The translations under genes were made by a program, and so were the position numbers. A DNA stretch of 64,000 bases from Carpediemonas membranifera BICM. Its lineage: Eukaryota; Protista; Fornicata. The notes beneath the pieces were generated by a model. It searched no databases and had not been told where the DNA came from. It saw nothing but the letters and a program-made list of their open reading frames with translations. Shown here one piece after another: positions 23,609 through 34,417 of this stretch. The stretch is taken from contig JAHDYR010000037.1 of the NCBI GenBank assembly GCA_019828565.1, positions 62,001 through 126,000 on the forward strand, given 5' to 3'. Each line of letters opens with the position of its first letter. Position 1 is the stretch's first letter.

Positions 23609-26088
23609 TTACTTCCTCCCCTTCCTTGTCTTCGGCACACTCTCTTCACCAGTGCCATCTGACAGAAGCTCCGCCACGAGATACACCGTGGCATGATTAC
23701 CCGTAATGACAATGACCTTCTCGTGGCCCGTCTCCCTGATGGCATCACTGAGTTGAGTCAGACTTCTGAAATCCTGAGGGTAGACCCTTCCGTTGTCGTA
23801 AACAGTCGCTGAGTTGACTATGCGACCATCTTCCTCTTCTCTGCGCTGCAGGACCATGACCTTCTCCTTCTCAAGATGCGTCCAAGCCGAGATAGCAGTG
23901 CTTGTCAGCCAGCCCTGGCCGTTGAACAGCTCGGAAGGGTCCCACCATGTGCCCCCTGACCTGGCCCTCGGCCTTTTTGGCCATGGATTCCTCGGTGTGT
24001 TCTCTCAGATGATTTTTTTGAAATGTTTGATTCGATTCTTACCCAGTACTTGGCCGTGCTTAATGTCGTTGAGCGAATGAGCGATGCAGGCTCCGTCACG
24101 GTGAATCTCCTTGGCAGGGCAGGTCAGGATCCTGTCGATCGCGGTTTGTACGTCGAAGACCAGCTCAGGCTCATGCTCGTTGTCACTGATCGACACGACT
24201 GACATATTGTCGTCATCTTCCGGCCCACGCACCACCGTGTCAGGCTCCTCCTCGTCTGCCTACTTACCCTTCTTCTCCTCTGTCTCCACCTCCTTGTCCT
24301 CCTTCTTCTCCGTCTCAGCCTTCTCCTAAACGTACACAGTCGAACGCACTACAAAGGCATATCCAAATCTTTATTCAATCTCAACGACCTCGCACTTCTT
24401 CTGGTACAGCGTGGCGTGAGCCGGATCGCCTTCGATGACAATAGCGAAATTATCTGTCAACCCCCACAAGTCTGCATCGGGTGCAAGCATGGTGGTGCCA
24501 TCAAACAGGTATAAGATGGCGGAGATGCCTTGCATGCCGTTGTATCCGTCGTATGACTGGACAACAAGGATGTTCCGCTTCTGCTTCCTTGCCCAGACTC
24601 GGATGGCGTTCGAGTTATAGTAGCCGGAGTCCGGATCTGTCAGGCTACGCTCCGTGACATTCTTCTTAGACCAGTACTTGGCCTTCACTGACTGGCAGAG
24701 GCCACGCTGCCACTTTTCGAAGTCGCCATCAACTCGGCCACCCAACTCAATGGCTTGGAGACAATATGCAACGCAGTTGCCGTCACTCTTGACATGAATC
24801 GCGGTACAGTTAGTCGTGAGAGCCTCCACGTTGATGCACGTCTGCACCGCGGCCTCAGAGGTGATGCGAGTCTGAGTCTCCGGCTCAGTCTGGATGCAGG
24901 CGTCGCATGTGTTCACCGTCTCCTCTTCTGCCTCACCCCTCTTCTCCTTCGCCTCCTCCTGCTCCTCCTCTGTCTCCTCCTCTGAGTCCTCAGGCCTGGC
25001 CTTCTCGGGCGTGATGAAGAGGGCCTTGCGCTTCACAGACATGGAGGCCTCGGGCTCGTTCGTAGCGCTTCGGGGGCAGGAAGTCCTGGAGAGCGTGCCA
25101 GACTGTGGCGGCATGGGGCTGGCGGCGAACGAAACATCGCAGGAAGCAAGGTACCCAACGTCATGCTCATGATGGATACGCCTGCACTCAAGAAAGTGGT
25201 CTCTTCTCTCGTCAGTCACCTGCTTCTTCAGCCGCTCGACCTGCTCCTTGAGAGATTGGATCTCCGTCTTCTGAGCAGAGATCAGACTGGCTGTCACGCG
25301 ACGTACGACTCGAGCTTCAGCAGGGAGTCTCGTGGTCAACGTCTTCTCGCCAGTAAGCGCCTGAGTATCGATCTGGTCGGCCCAGAGATAGCGCTGAAGC
25401 ACGTGGTCGGCGTGATCCTCGCCGGGACAGGCGGCGTTATCCCTGCGGGCCCGCACACGACGAGTACCGCAGATCTCATCGTACACTCGCTCCCATACCA
25501 CGTCATACTTGGACTCGCGCGTGTATTCCATCTCCTTTCCAACTCCTTTCGGTCTTCCTCATCGGCCAGCTTCATCATCTGAACCCGAGTACAATCCCTG
25601 ATGTCCTCGTCCTCCTCCTTCGCGAGTTCACACTCAAGCCTAGCGTTTGTCTTCATTCTAGCCTCACGAATGCTCTTCTTCACCCGAATACGCGCGCTCT
25701 CCACCTCGCCGTCGTACAGGTGCGTGAAGGTATCCCCGCCGAGGACCTGCTTCAGTGTTTTCTTGTGTTCCCCTGTGACCCTTTCACCCTCATTCAATTT
25801 CATCGTCGCCATAAACTGCGCCTTAAGGTCCTTCTTCATATCTTCTGTCTCCTGGCGCGTGAGGCGGAAGAACGTGGCAATACGCTTGAGATTAACACCT
25901 GTGTAAACAATTTCGCTCAGTAACGTACGTTCCTTGATCACAGTAGCGAGTAAATCGCGCCTAGGCAGCAAAAGCGCGCGAAGGACGTCGCATTTGCCTT
26001 TAGCGCTTGCAGCTGCATTGATCTTGGTCATTAGCTCCTTCTTCTCGAACTCAGTGGCTTCTTCCAGCCAAGTGAACAAGTCTAGCAT
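23609..26088 (-). CDS. Large coiled-coil protein with two OTU-like protease domains (fragmented by frameshifts/introns)
   Basis: OTU1 VKSDGNCVAYCL..YYNSNAIRVW..HATLY (24371-25531); OTU2 HRDGACIAHSL..WLTSTAISAW..NHATVY (23609-24235). ORF 25336-26088 overlaps upstream. Whether all of this is one gene is inferred. Confidence 0.7.
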
Positions 26089-26539
26089 CGTATATCGCCA
26101 AGAGACGTTAAATGGTTACTAAAAGTTTATGTATATCGCCTGCGGCTTGTAAGCACTCACACCGTGACTACCACCAGCCGTCATCACACCCCTAGCCCTA
26201 CCCACACGTCCATTCTCGCCGATGCTGATTAAATCGTCCGGCCAGCGAGCCGGGGCCTTTCGCAAATTTAATATGGCCAAGAGACGTTATCTGCGGCTAA
26301 AACGAGCCCCATATAACCCCCTATGAAGTTATACGGAGAAATCATCGCCGATTTTCACGTTTCGGCGAGCTCCGGCCAAGGGGTCCAGGAGTCAGCTTTT
26401 GGGGGAAGGTCTGTGGTGCTATAACGTACCTCGGGACGCACTGTGGAGGCCCCTAGAGTACTCGGTCATGGCATGTCAGACCAAGGGTCCCTCAAATCTG
26501 GCCCCATTCAGGATGCTCCCCCTAAATGTTCCGTTGCAA

Positions 26540-26857
26540 GCGTCTGACGGGCGTTCTCTGGATACCGACCAAGATGGAGGTCACGTGGATCAACGGACGA
26601 TAATTGCGGTATTCTGGCCATGCCTGGTACTTTCAAATTATCTATACTGATCTATGCTCCATTTATAGTTCATATCGTATGGTCCTGATGGACTTATGAT
26701 GATTGATGTTGTTTAGGGATTATTGTTGCTTTAATGATGCTCTGCGCCCGCTTACTGATGTTTCTTAGTGATATGTGCATGCCTACTACGTTAAAGCTGC
26801 CAGTATTCTTTCTATTCTTAAGTTCGCCATTTCAGTCTCGTTGCGAGCATAAAGTGC
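26540..26857 (+). promoter_or_regulatory. Non-coding segment shared with element A's divergent intergenic region
   Basis: 66 bp identical (26554-26619 = 39678-39743 = reverse of 9601-9666), plus TCGTTGCGAGCATAAAGTGC (26838-26857 = 39961-39980). Confidence 0.75.
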
Positions 26858-27314
26858 GCGAATGCGCGGGTCAGTTCCCCCGTTTTCAGCGAAGCTGATG
26901 CGACAACACAGAGGCAAGCGAATCCTTACACCCCAGGCGTCGCCAGGAGGCCGTTGTCTGCCATGAACACTAAGCAGTGGTGAGATAAACGGAATTCAGA
27001 CTTTCTGCCTGCACGACCTCAAATTTTGACTCCCCTCGGCACCGAAAAGGCACCTATATCCATGAATACCCTCTACAGTGATGTATCCACCCGATAAATG
27101 GATTTCAAATTTGTCGGGTCTCATGATAAATGGATTTCAGACTTTCGTACTGTTGGCCATCTGAGAATTTATGAACGACCTCTAGAATATTTTGAAATGC
27201 AAGAACGTGCCTATGGCACTCTTTTGTACCCCTGAACACGGTTTGACCACTGTTTTGGACATTTGGAGAGATTCGAATTTTTGTGCATGACGAAAGTCTG
27301 AAATCCGTATATCG

Positions 27315-28544
27315 ATGGAAGGAAGCCCGCAGGAGATGGAAACAACCATGGAAGCTGTGAAGAATGCTTGGTTGTGCACCATCAGCAAGAAATCTTCCCG
27401 GAAAGCGGCCGCAAACAACCTTTCGCGGTTCGTTCAATTCGTACAACGTGAGCGAGGGAGTACCGAGGACGAAGCGCTCTCCGTGATCCGATCCGAGGAG
27501 GTTAGATCGCTTGTGCCCGGTTTTGCTGCATCATTGAACAAGGCAACCGCTGCTGTCACTCTCAGTGCCGTCAACTCATTCCGAAACTCCGGCAGAGACA
27601 ATGTCAAGCCGCTTGGGCAGTTTGAGCCTGTCGCATCGGAAGCTATTGTCCGACTAGTCTTCCCCTACAATGCGCTGGCTCTTATCATCAGCCACACGGG
27701 CATGACAGCTATTTCCGCCCGCGATATTGACATCAGTGAGCGAGCTCTTCAGCTTCCCGAAGAGCTCGCTGCCTGGATAGTATTCTCCAAGGCCTCATCC
27801 GCACTGTCTCATGTAGCGCCGAGCACCTTCTCGGAGGCTGTCAAGCAGGTCGGGCTCAGTGTCAACCAGCTTCGCTATGCGCCCCCGGTGCATGTCGATG
27901 TCAACCAGCTTAAGACGCGGGAGATTGAGAGAGAGAGACGGACTGGCAGGCCCAGAGACTTGACCAAGGTTCGGAAGGTCATTATGGACAAGCGCATCAG
28001 CCTCACCGATGATCAGTTCCGCCACCAGCTGGCAAACAGCCACCTGACGACCCTGCAGCGCCCGACGATCTTTGATCTCAACCCGGAGATCACAAGCTCT
28101 GCCGACCTGGTGCCGCCGATGCTCGATGGCTGGCTTTACAACAGGCTCAAGGCCAGAATGATCGAGCTTCACGATACTAAGAAGAAAGAGAGGCAGAGCG
28201 AGGCTGACAAGGAGGCGGAGTTCGGCTCGCTGACTCGCGAGACAGAGATGCCAGAGGGCGAGAGAGAGGGCGATACTGACGAGGAGGCGATGTCCGACGA
28301 GCCAGCTTACCAGGCAGAGTGGATGCACTACGAGGTGCCAGCTCGCGAGGAGAGCGAGGAGGGCGCCTTTGGTGAGGAGGTGGACTTATGCAAGAGTGCC
28401 GATGAGGAACCAAAGATCGACCACGACGAGCATGGCGGGGAGGTGGCGGGCAGAGATGGTGATGGGGAGATTCAAGAGAATGTGATTGATGAGGAGCGCT
28501 CAGAGAGCGATACTGCCGACAGTATCGTCTTTTCCTTCATCTGA
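27315..28544 (+). CDS. Degenerate tyrosine-recombinase-like protein with acidic tail
   Basis: Core-binding-like helices (NNLSRFVQFV..LNKATAAVTLSAVNSF), box I-like LIISHTGMT, box II-like SVNQLRY; catalytic Arg and His are replaced. Confidence 0.45.
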   Translation: MEGSPQEMETTMEAVKNAWLCTISKKSSRKAAANNLSRFVQFVQRERGSTEDEALSVIRSEEVRSLVPGFAASLNKATAAVTLSAVNSFRNSGRDNVKPLGQFEPVASEAIVRLVFPYNALALIISHTGMTAISARDIDISERALQLPEELAAWIVFSKASSALSHVAPSTFSEAVKQVGLSVNQLRYAPPVHVDVNQLKTREIERERRTGRPRDLTKVRKVIMDKRISLTDDQFRHQLANSHLTTLQRPTIFDLNPEITSSADLVPPMLDGWLYNRLKARMIELHDTKKKERQSEADKEAEFGSLTRETEMPEGEREGDTDEEAMSDEPAYQAEWMHYEVPAREESEEGAFGEEVDLCKSADEEPKIDHDEHGGEVAGRDGDGEIQENVIDEERSESDTADSIVFSFI

Positions 28545-28708
28545 CATTGTAAAGAGGAAGAGTTTATGATTGGAGCATAGCTGATGTCCATAAACACCAT
28601 TCATAAGCCAGTCCTGGCTTGTTTTCCACTGCTACTTCTCTCGTTGCGACGCACAGCTAGCTGTCGCGAAATGCACTTTAAGACCGAATTTCACACAGCT
28701 ACCTGTGC

Positions 28709-30001
28709 ATGGTGTTCGAGCTAGATAGCGACAAGCTGGAGCGACTTACTTCCTTACCTGGTAATAGTAGACAATATCTGCACGACTTTGAACCTGAAAA
28801 GCTGCAGGTCGTGATCAAAGTTGATGAGCATTATGATATGGAGGTTCCCACCCTGCTAGCGCTCAAGGACAGTCCGCATGTCCTCCCTGTCGTCGATACA
28901 GGTTTTGTCGACCGTGATCCAGCCTTCATGGCTCCTTTGGTCAACTGTACCCCCTTCGCTGGCATCTGCAAGGCTCACTCCAGCGTGCAGTTCCGCTATG
29001 TTTCGCATCTGCTGCAGGCAGTATGCTACATGCATGACCACGGGGTTGTCCATTGCGATATTAAGCCAGACAACTTCCTCTTCAGCAAGAGTCAGAAGGG
29101 ATACCTCATTGATTTTGGGTCTGCAATGAGGAAGCCGGCTAATGGCGACGACAGGTGGGCCATACAACTGAGATTCGCATCCGAGTATCGCGGCACCCAT
29201 GGATATTTGCCCCCAGAGCTTTTCTACGAGTACCTTGTCTCGCGCTCAGTGATTCCTGCTGCACGCGACACCTCCAAGCTCGCGCGCATGACGGCAGGGG
29301 CTCTTTCCGTCACTTCTTATGTCGTGACACCTGCATCGGACATTTACTCTTGCGGTATTGTCATTATGATGCTCGTTAACGGTCTCTCTAAGTCCCCCTT
29401 TGCCGCGAAGGTGCCTGACATGGCGCAGATCGACAACAAGAAGAAGAAAAAGATGCTGAAGCTTGGTAGCTTGCTGAACTGGTGCCAATTCTATGGTGGG
29501 CAGTTGCAGTTGTCACCTCAGGCACAGACACATTTCAAAGATTGCCTCGAGTGTGTCAACGTGAACTCTGAGCTCCCGATTCGCGGCACCACGCCACCTA
29601 CTTGTCTCAGCCTGTACGACCTGGCAATGCAGATGCTCCACTTCGACCCTGCGAAGCGTCCCACTGCTGCCGAATGTCTTGACAAGCTCAAGGTCATCAT
29701 GCGCGTGCATGAATGCGTCGCCAAGCCGAGTCCGCTTCTGTTAGATGATACAGAAGAGGTCACCCTGTCTGCAGCTCAGCGAAAGAGACTGACCGACTGC
29801 TGTCAGCGAGGGTTTGAGGGTCAAGTCTTCTATCGGCGCTGCATAGTGTGTGGTAGAGAGCTTCATGGACGCGAGAACGTCAGCTGTGACACATGCCACA
29901 AGGGATACAGGCAGGTGAGCACCAATAAGTGCGCAAAAGGTGTGCGCGGAAGACTGCACAGGCAGTTTATTGCAATGATTGAGCGGACGAAAAGAGATTG
30001 A
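28709..30001 (+). CDS. Eukaryotic Ser/Thr protein kinase with C-terminal Cys cluster
   Basis: VIK, HCDIKPDN, DFG, GTHGYLPPE, DIYSCG, DPAKRPTA. Confidence 0.95.
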   Translation: MVFELDSDKLERLTSLPGNSRQYLHDFEPEKLQVVIKVDEHYDMEVPTLLALKDSPHVLPVVDTGFVDRDPAFMAPLVNCTPFAGICKAHSSVQFRYVSHLLQAVCYMHDHGVVHCDIKPDNFLFSKSQKGYLIDFGSAMRKPANGDDRWAIQLRFASEYRGTHGYLPPELFYEYLVSRSVIPAARDTSKLARMTAGALSVTSYVVTPASDIYSCGIVIMMLVNGLSKSPFAAKVPDMAQIDNKKKKKMLKLGSLLNWCQFYGGQLQLSPQAQTHFKDCLECVNVNSELPIRGTTPPTCLSLYDLAMQMLHFDPAKRPTAAECLDKLKVIMRVHECVAKPSPLLLDDTEEVTLSAAQRKRLTDCCQRGFEGQVFYRRCIVCGRELHGRENVSCDTCHKGYRQVSTNKCAKGVRGRLHRQFIAMIERTKRD

Positions 30002-30283
30002 TACTTTCTGTCATACTGTTAGAATGGCCAGTTAATCCGGGGATATACGGAGGATAAACACCCTTTTGCACAAGAAACTGCAAGAAAAAATGAGATTCAC
30101 CCGTATCTTTTTCACTATTTCACACGTTTCACCAACGTTTGTGAAACGTAGAGAAACGTGCGGAAGGTACGGGTAAGTCTCATTTTTGCTTGCATACGAC
30201 GTGCTAGGGGCATTCTTGTGATTCGTAGGTAGGTGCTGATGTTGCATAACCATTCATTGCTTATTCAAAGTGATAATAACGTG

Positions 30284-30511
30284 CTAGTGGTCTTTAAGTT
30301 GCTGTATTACATCTATAAACATATCTCCTATCTCTTCCAGAACGTGTTGTGTGTCATTCAGCCTCTCATTCACCAACCCCTCGCAATTCAGCCCAGTGAT
30401 GTGATTTCGTATTTCTCGAACAGAATCTTGTATCTTGCCGACTTCATGGAGGCAACTGGTCATATGATTAAGCCTTTCGTTCGTGGATAACCGGAACATT
30501 GTCGTCAACAC
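30284..30511 (-). CDS. Small conserved ~70-aa protein (B)
   Basis: Homolog of 15007-15231. Confidence 0.75.
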   Translation of the reverse strand: MLTTMFRLSTNERLNHMTSCLHEVGKIQDSVREIRNHITGLNCEGLVNERLNDTQHVLEEIGDMFIDVIQQLKDH

Positions 30512-30533
30512 CTGCGCAGTTTAAGATGAGAAT

Positions 30534-31754
30534 ATGACGACCAGTGAAACTGCGAAGAAAGCTGAGATTTCGCAGGGCACGTCTTGCGGATCGGATAAGA
30601 GAACAGAGTACCGCCGGCTGTTCGTGACTAGCTTCCTGGAATGCTTTTTCGACGTCGCGGACATCCCAACTATCGGTCTGACGACCTCTGACGTTCATCG
30701 CGCTCTCCTTGGCATGCAGGATGTGATATCGGGCCTCTGCAACGGCTTTCGCAAGATTGCTATTGCAAACTCCGTCAGGCGCACGACTACTGAGCCCATT
30801 CAGGCATTTGTGGCAAGTAGAAAGGGTGGCACAGAGCTCATTGGCACAAAGATACCCTACCTGGTTGTCAGAGACAGAGCAAATGCAGCTGAACACTTGC
30901 AGGAGTTTAGAAACAGGATGTCTGTGCTGTTTCGGGGACTTGGACTCCACGATGTCTCCAGTCTGATCACTTGCACCGGCATTCAATGGCCTCCAGCCGT
31001 TGTAATCAGGATCAAGCATCGCAAGCTCCAGCCTGAGCCACGTACCCCAGCAGAAACACCCGCAGAGACACCCACAAAGACTCCAGTGACAACATTGGTA
31101 CCAAAGCTCAGAAAAAGAGCTGACTTGGCTACCATCAAGCCTGATTCCCCCGTCAAGAAGCTTAATTTTGATGCGCAGATGCATGAGCCTGCTCAGAAGC
31201 GATCGAGGCTCGAAGAGGCTGACTTGAAGGAGGTTGCCGCGATGGTGACGGCTTCACTCTCCACAACTGTCACTGATCTCCTCAAGCAGTCACCCAAGGC
31301 CGTTGAAATGAACGATAAGGTCCCCGACCTCAAGCAAGCGACGTTTCTGAAGCTATATCAGCGTAAGTTACTGTTCGCATGCGCTGTTTGTGCCTCACCT
31401 GAATGGTACTTCAACCCAAACATGAAAAGAAACGAGTATGAAACATGCTATCTCTGCCATCAGTTCATGCATCTTCAGTGTGTCAGAGAGAAGAGGATTG
31501 ATGGTAAGAACAGAAAGGTTTGCGCAGCTTGCAGTCTGGCAGGAAGGTCTAACAGATGTCACGCGTGTATCAAGGACGGAGACAAGTCGACAAAGGACAC
31601 TGGCGTCTGCCGGGCGTGCCTAAACTGGTTCTGCGAAGAGAAACACTTCAGCTATGCTGAGTTCCATCTCGACGGCCAGGACTATCGTGTCAGGTTCTGC
31701 GACCAGTGTATGACTGTCTACCAGAAGGTGGCGGATATGAAGCCAATTGAGTAA
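30534..31754 (+). CDS. PHD-finger protein (B)
   Basis: CAVC..CYLC...H..C..CAAC plus a second finger; intact 406-aa ORF. Confidence 0.88.
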   Translation: MTTSETAKKAEISQGTSCGSDKRTEYRRLFVTSFLECFFDVADIPTIGLTTSDVHRALLGMQDVISGLCNGFRKIAIANSVRRTTTEPIQAFVASRKGGTELIGTKIPYLVVRDRANAAEHLQEFRNRMSVLFRGLGLHDVSSLITCTGIQWPPAVVIRIKHRKLQPEPRTPAETPAETPTKTPVTTLVPKLRKRADLATIKPDSPVKKLNFDAQMHEPAQKRSRLEEADLKEVAAMVTASLSTTVTDLLKQSPKAVEMNDKVPDLKQATFLKLYQRKLLFACAVCASPEWYFNPNMKRNEYETCYLCHQFMHLQCVREKRIDGKNRKVCAACSLAGRSNRCHACIKDGDKSTKDTGVCRACLNWFCEEKHFSYAEFHLDGQDYRVRFCDQCMTVYQKVADMKPIE

Positions 31755-31777
31755 GTTAAATAGGGAGATTTTGAACT

Positions 31778-32875
31778 TTAAGTGTCTTCCAGTGCCGCTC
31801 TGTGCGCAACTGTCATCTCAGTAATGTAGCGCGCGGCCATAACATCCGCCGGAGATCTCTGCAGTGGTCTATATGCAAGTACCTCAGAAACAAGGTCGAC
31901 CATCTCGGGAAGAGGGATTGGCGTGCGGAACTGAGTGGCTGTGAGGATCTCAATCGCGCCCGGGGTTATGGACATTGATCCATTCGCGATAACCCGTCTC
32001 CCTGCTGTGCCAGGTGCGAGCCCATAGCCGGAGAAGTAACGCGAGACGAAGTGGAGCGGGTTGTCCATGCATGTAGTGCGGTAGAGCCAAAAGCAGTCCT
32101 GCAGGACGAGTTCGTTGGCAAGCATTTTCTCCGGAGTGAGAATGATGCACGTATGCTCGTATGCCTGGGTCGAAATGGACTGCTTAAGCAGAGAGAACTC
32201 GCTATTGTCCGCTCCGGTACAGGTGGCGAAGTAGATGAGCCGAACCCGGCTGGTGGTGACGAGGGATGGCTCACGGAAAGCGAAGAGGATCATCTGTACG
32301 ATATCGTGAAGGTACAGGAACTCGTTAGCGCTCGCATTAACGATCATTCTCGACGTTGTGGTCTCGCTGTGGCCAGAAACAACCCAGAATGTCTCGAAAT
32401 TGGCGAATTCTGCAGCCAACTGTTGCAGTATGGAGCCGAGGTGGGTCGTCGAGACGAAACTGACGGCAACCGTGGTGAGCCATTCGTCGCTGACGAGATC
32501 GAGGATGGCCTTCATGCGCTTGTGGTACCCCTCGGAGCCAGCAAGCCCGGTGACAGTGAAGACCGGGTTCGCACAAGTAGGTGCTTCGAAGCCATGGACT
32601 GGCTCGAGCAGGATAACGATGCGGCGGTTCACAAGCTTGCTCAGGGTGAAGGGGCAGTCATGTGTGTACCTGATTCCGTCATATTCCTTCAGGCCCTGGT
32701 TGCGAAGGTCAGAACGCGGCCTAGTGATTCCACAGACGCATTCATACGTGAGAGGATGGTCGCTGATGCGTCTGGTACCGAATTTGCCAAATTTCCTCTC
32801 CATTTGGCAACTACCACTTTTTTTCCAACACTGGTAGTTGGCCGAACCAGCTATAGGGAAGGATATGGACCACAA
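31778..32875 (-). CDS. Putative clan CD cysteine protease (B)
   Basis: WVVSGHS..IYFATCTG; clearly homologous to 12579-13652. Confidence 0.6.
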   Translation of the reverse strand: MWSISFPIAGSANYQCWKKSGSCQMERKFGKFGTRRISDHPLTYECVCGITRPRSDLRNQGLKEYDGIRYTHDCPFTLSKLVNRRIVILLEPVHGFEAPTCANPVFTVTGLAGSEGYHKRMKAILDLVSDEWLTTVAVSFVSTTHLGSILQQLAAEFANFETFWVVSGHSETTTSRMIVNASANEFLYLHDIVQMILFAFREPSLVTTSRVRLIYFATCTGADNSEFSLLKQSISTQAYEHTCIILTPEKMLANELVLQDCFWLYRTTCMDNPLHFVSRYFSGYGLAPGTAGRRVIANGSMSITPGAIEILTATQFRTPIPLPEMVDLVSEVLAYRPLQRSPADVMAARYITEMTVAHRAALEDT

Positions 32876-32988
32876 TAAGCAAGCATTCTGGTGTTACAGA
32901 TAAGATATTGTATGTGTGTCCTTTACGGTGTGAGACGGCCCCATCAATCCCGAGAAATACCGCGTGTCCGTTTGCAAAAAAAAATCAG

Positions 32989-33798
32989 ATGGCGAGAAGA
33001 AAGGCGCTCCCACCAAAGCCGCAGCCTGGGGGTATCAGAATACCCATTACGTCCACTGCGGGCAAGACGCCGCCGTCTGCGCCTTCAAATGATTCTCAGG
33101 AGGATTCCTCAAGCGAAGATTCCATCATTGAATCCGTTGTGCATACTCAGGCACTGCATCCGGATCTGGTCGCCGCGATCTACCCAAACACTCCCGAGGA
33201 GTCGATCAGGGGAGCTTAAGGAGGCCGAGAAGGACCTTACTCCCCTCGAACCCCCGAGTTGGTTATCCACCCGGCTGACCCACCCCTCCATTGCCGTTGA
33301 GGTGCAGCCTTGTCTGGCTCCCGACCACACGGACGTGGGTAGAGGCCTCATTGCAACTGCCGCAATTGAGCCCGGAAAGCTCCTCGGCATTTACGCCGGT
33401 AGGATTGTGTCCGACGAGGACTACCACGCGAATAACAGCAACATGGTGTTTGTTCATTGTTCATTATGCCTTTACACAGCATTTCATTCGACGCTAGCAA
33501 CCTTCACGTCGACGCAGGCGAAGGTGAAGGCATTGGTGTACACCTCATCAACCACAGTGAGAGTGACACCAACTGCCAGTTCACCAACCGTTTGCTCAAG
33601 GACCTTCCAGTCCTTGCGGTTGAGTCGACGAACGTCATTCAGGCCGAAGAGTTTCTTCGTATCAGTTACGGCGAGATCTTCTTTGATGCGGGTGAGGTCT
33701 TAACCATTGCTAGGTTCCCGAGTCTGCCCATTTCTCATCCGAACTATCTCACAAGGTTCCTGGAGCAGTATCCGGCACTCAAGAAGCGGAAGAAATGA
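32989..33798 (+). CDS. SET-domain methyltransferase (B), intron 33448-33479
   Basis: MARRK start, GRGLIAT..GIYAG, LINHSE..NCQF, EEFLRISYG. Removing the 32-nt intron restores the frame. Confidence 0.88.
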
Positions 33799-33823
33799 AT
33801 TAAAATGTCAAAACATCTCTTTT

Positions 33824-33954
33824 TTACTCGGGAACTCCACGCTTAACGTCCTCGGCATCAACAACTCTCTTTTCGCGATCCTTATCGACTGCCTTGCGCT
33901 TGATATAAGTCGTATGAGCCTTTCTCTTACCACCCTTTGAACGTTTGCGGACAA
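33824..33954 (-). CDS. Displaced C-terminus of B's OTU gene
   Basis: Removing A2 and one AA gives ..HATLFVRKRSKGGKRK..GVPE-stop in frame. Confidence 0.8.
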
Positions 33955-34106
33955 CATACTGTAAGAATGGCTAGAGTCTCCCGGGAGATACCCTGGAGAT
34001 ACTCCAAAAAGTGCAAGAAAAAATGAGATTCACTAGAATCTGTTTCACATTTCACATATTTCACAAGAATATGTGAAATGAGAAGCAAAGCTAGTGAATG
34101 TCATTT

Positions 34107-34331
34107 TTACTTGTCCCTCATCGTCTGTATGGCATCTATAAACAAATCACGTATCTCTTGCAGCAGAAACTCTGTGTCATTCACCCTTTTGTTGATTTCT
34201 TCTTCCTTTCGCAAGCCCTGAGCAGTTTTTCGGATTATTTTGTAAGAATCTTGTACTTTGGCAACTTCCACGAGCCCTGACGTTACCGTTTCTACCTTTT
34301 GGTGGCTAGTTGCTCGAATCATGATCGACAA
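34107..34331 (-). CDS. Small conserved protein (A2)
   Basis: Identical to 15007-15231. Confidence 0.75.
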   Translation of the reverse strand: MSIMIRATSHQKVETVTSGLVEVAKVQDSYKIIRKTAQGLRKEEEINKRVNDTEFLLQEIRDLFIDAIQTMRDK

Positions 34332-34417
34332 ATGTCGCAGTTTTAGGTATTGTCAATGCCAGGAGTCTACGTAAATAGACAAATGTAACAACGTAAACAG
34401 CTTGGATAGAAATTCTC

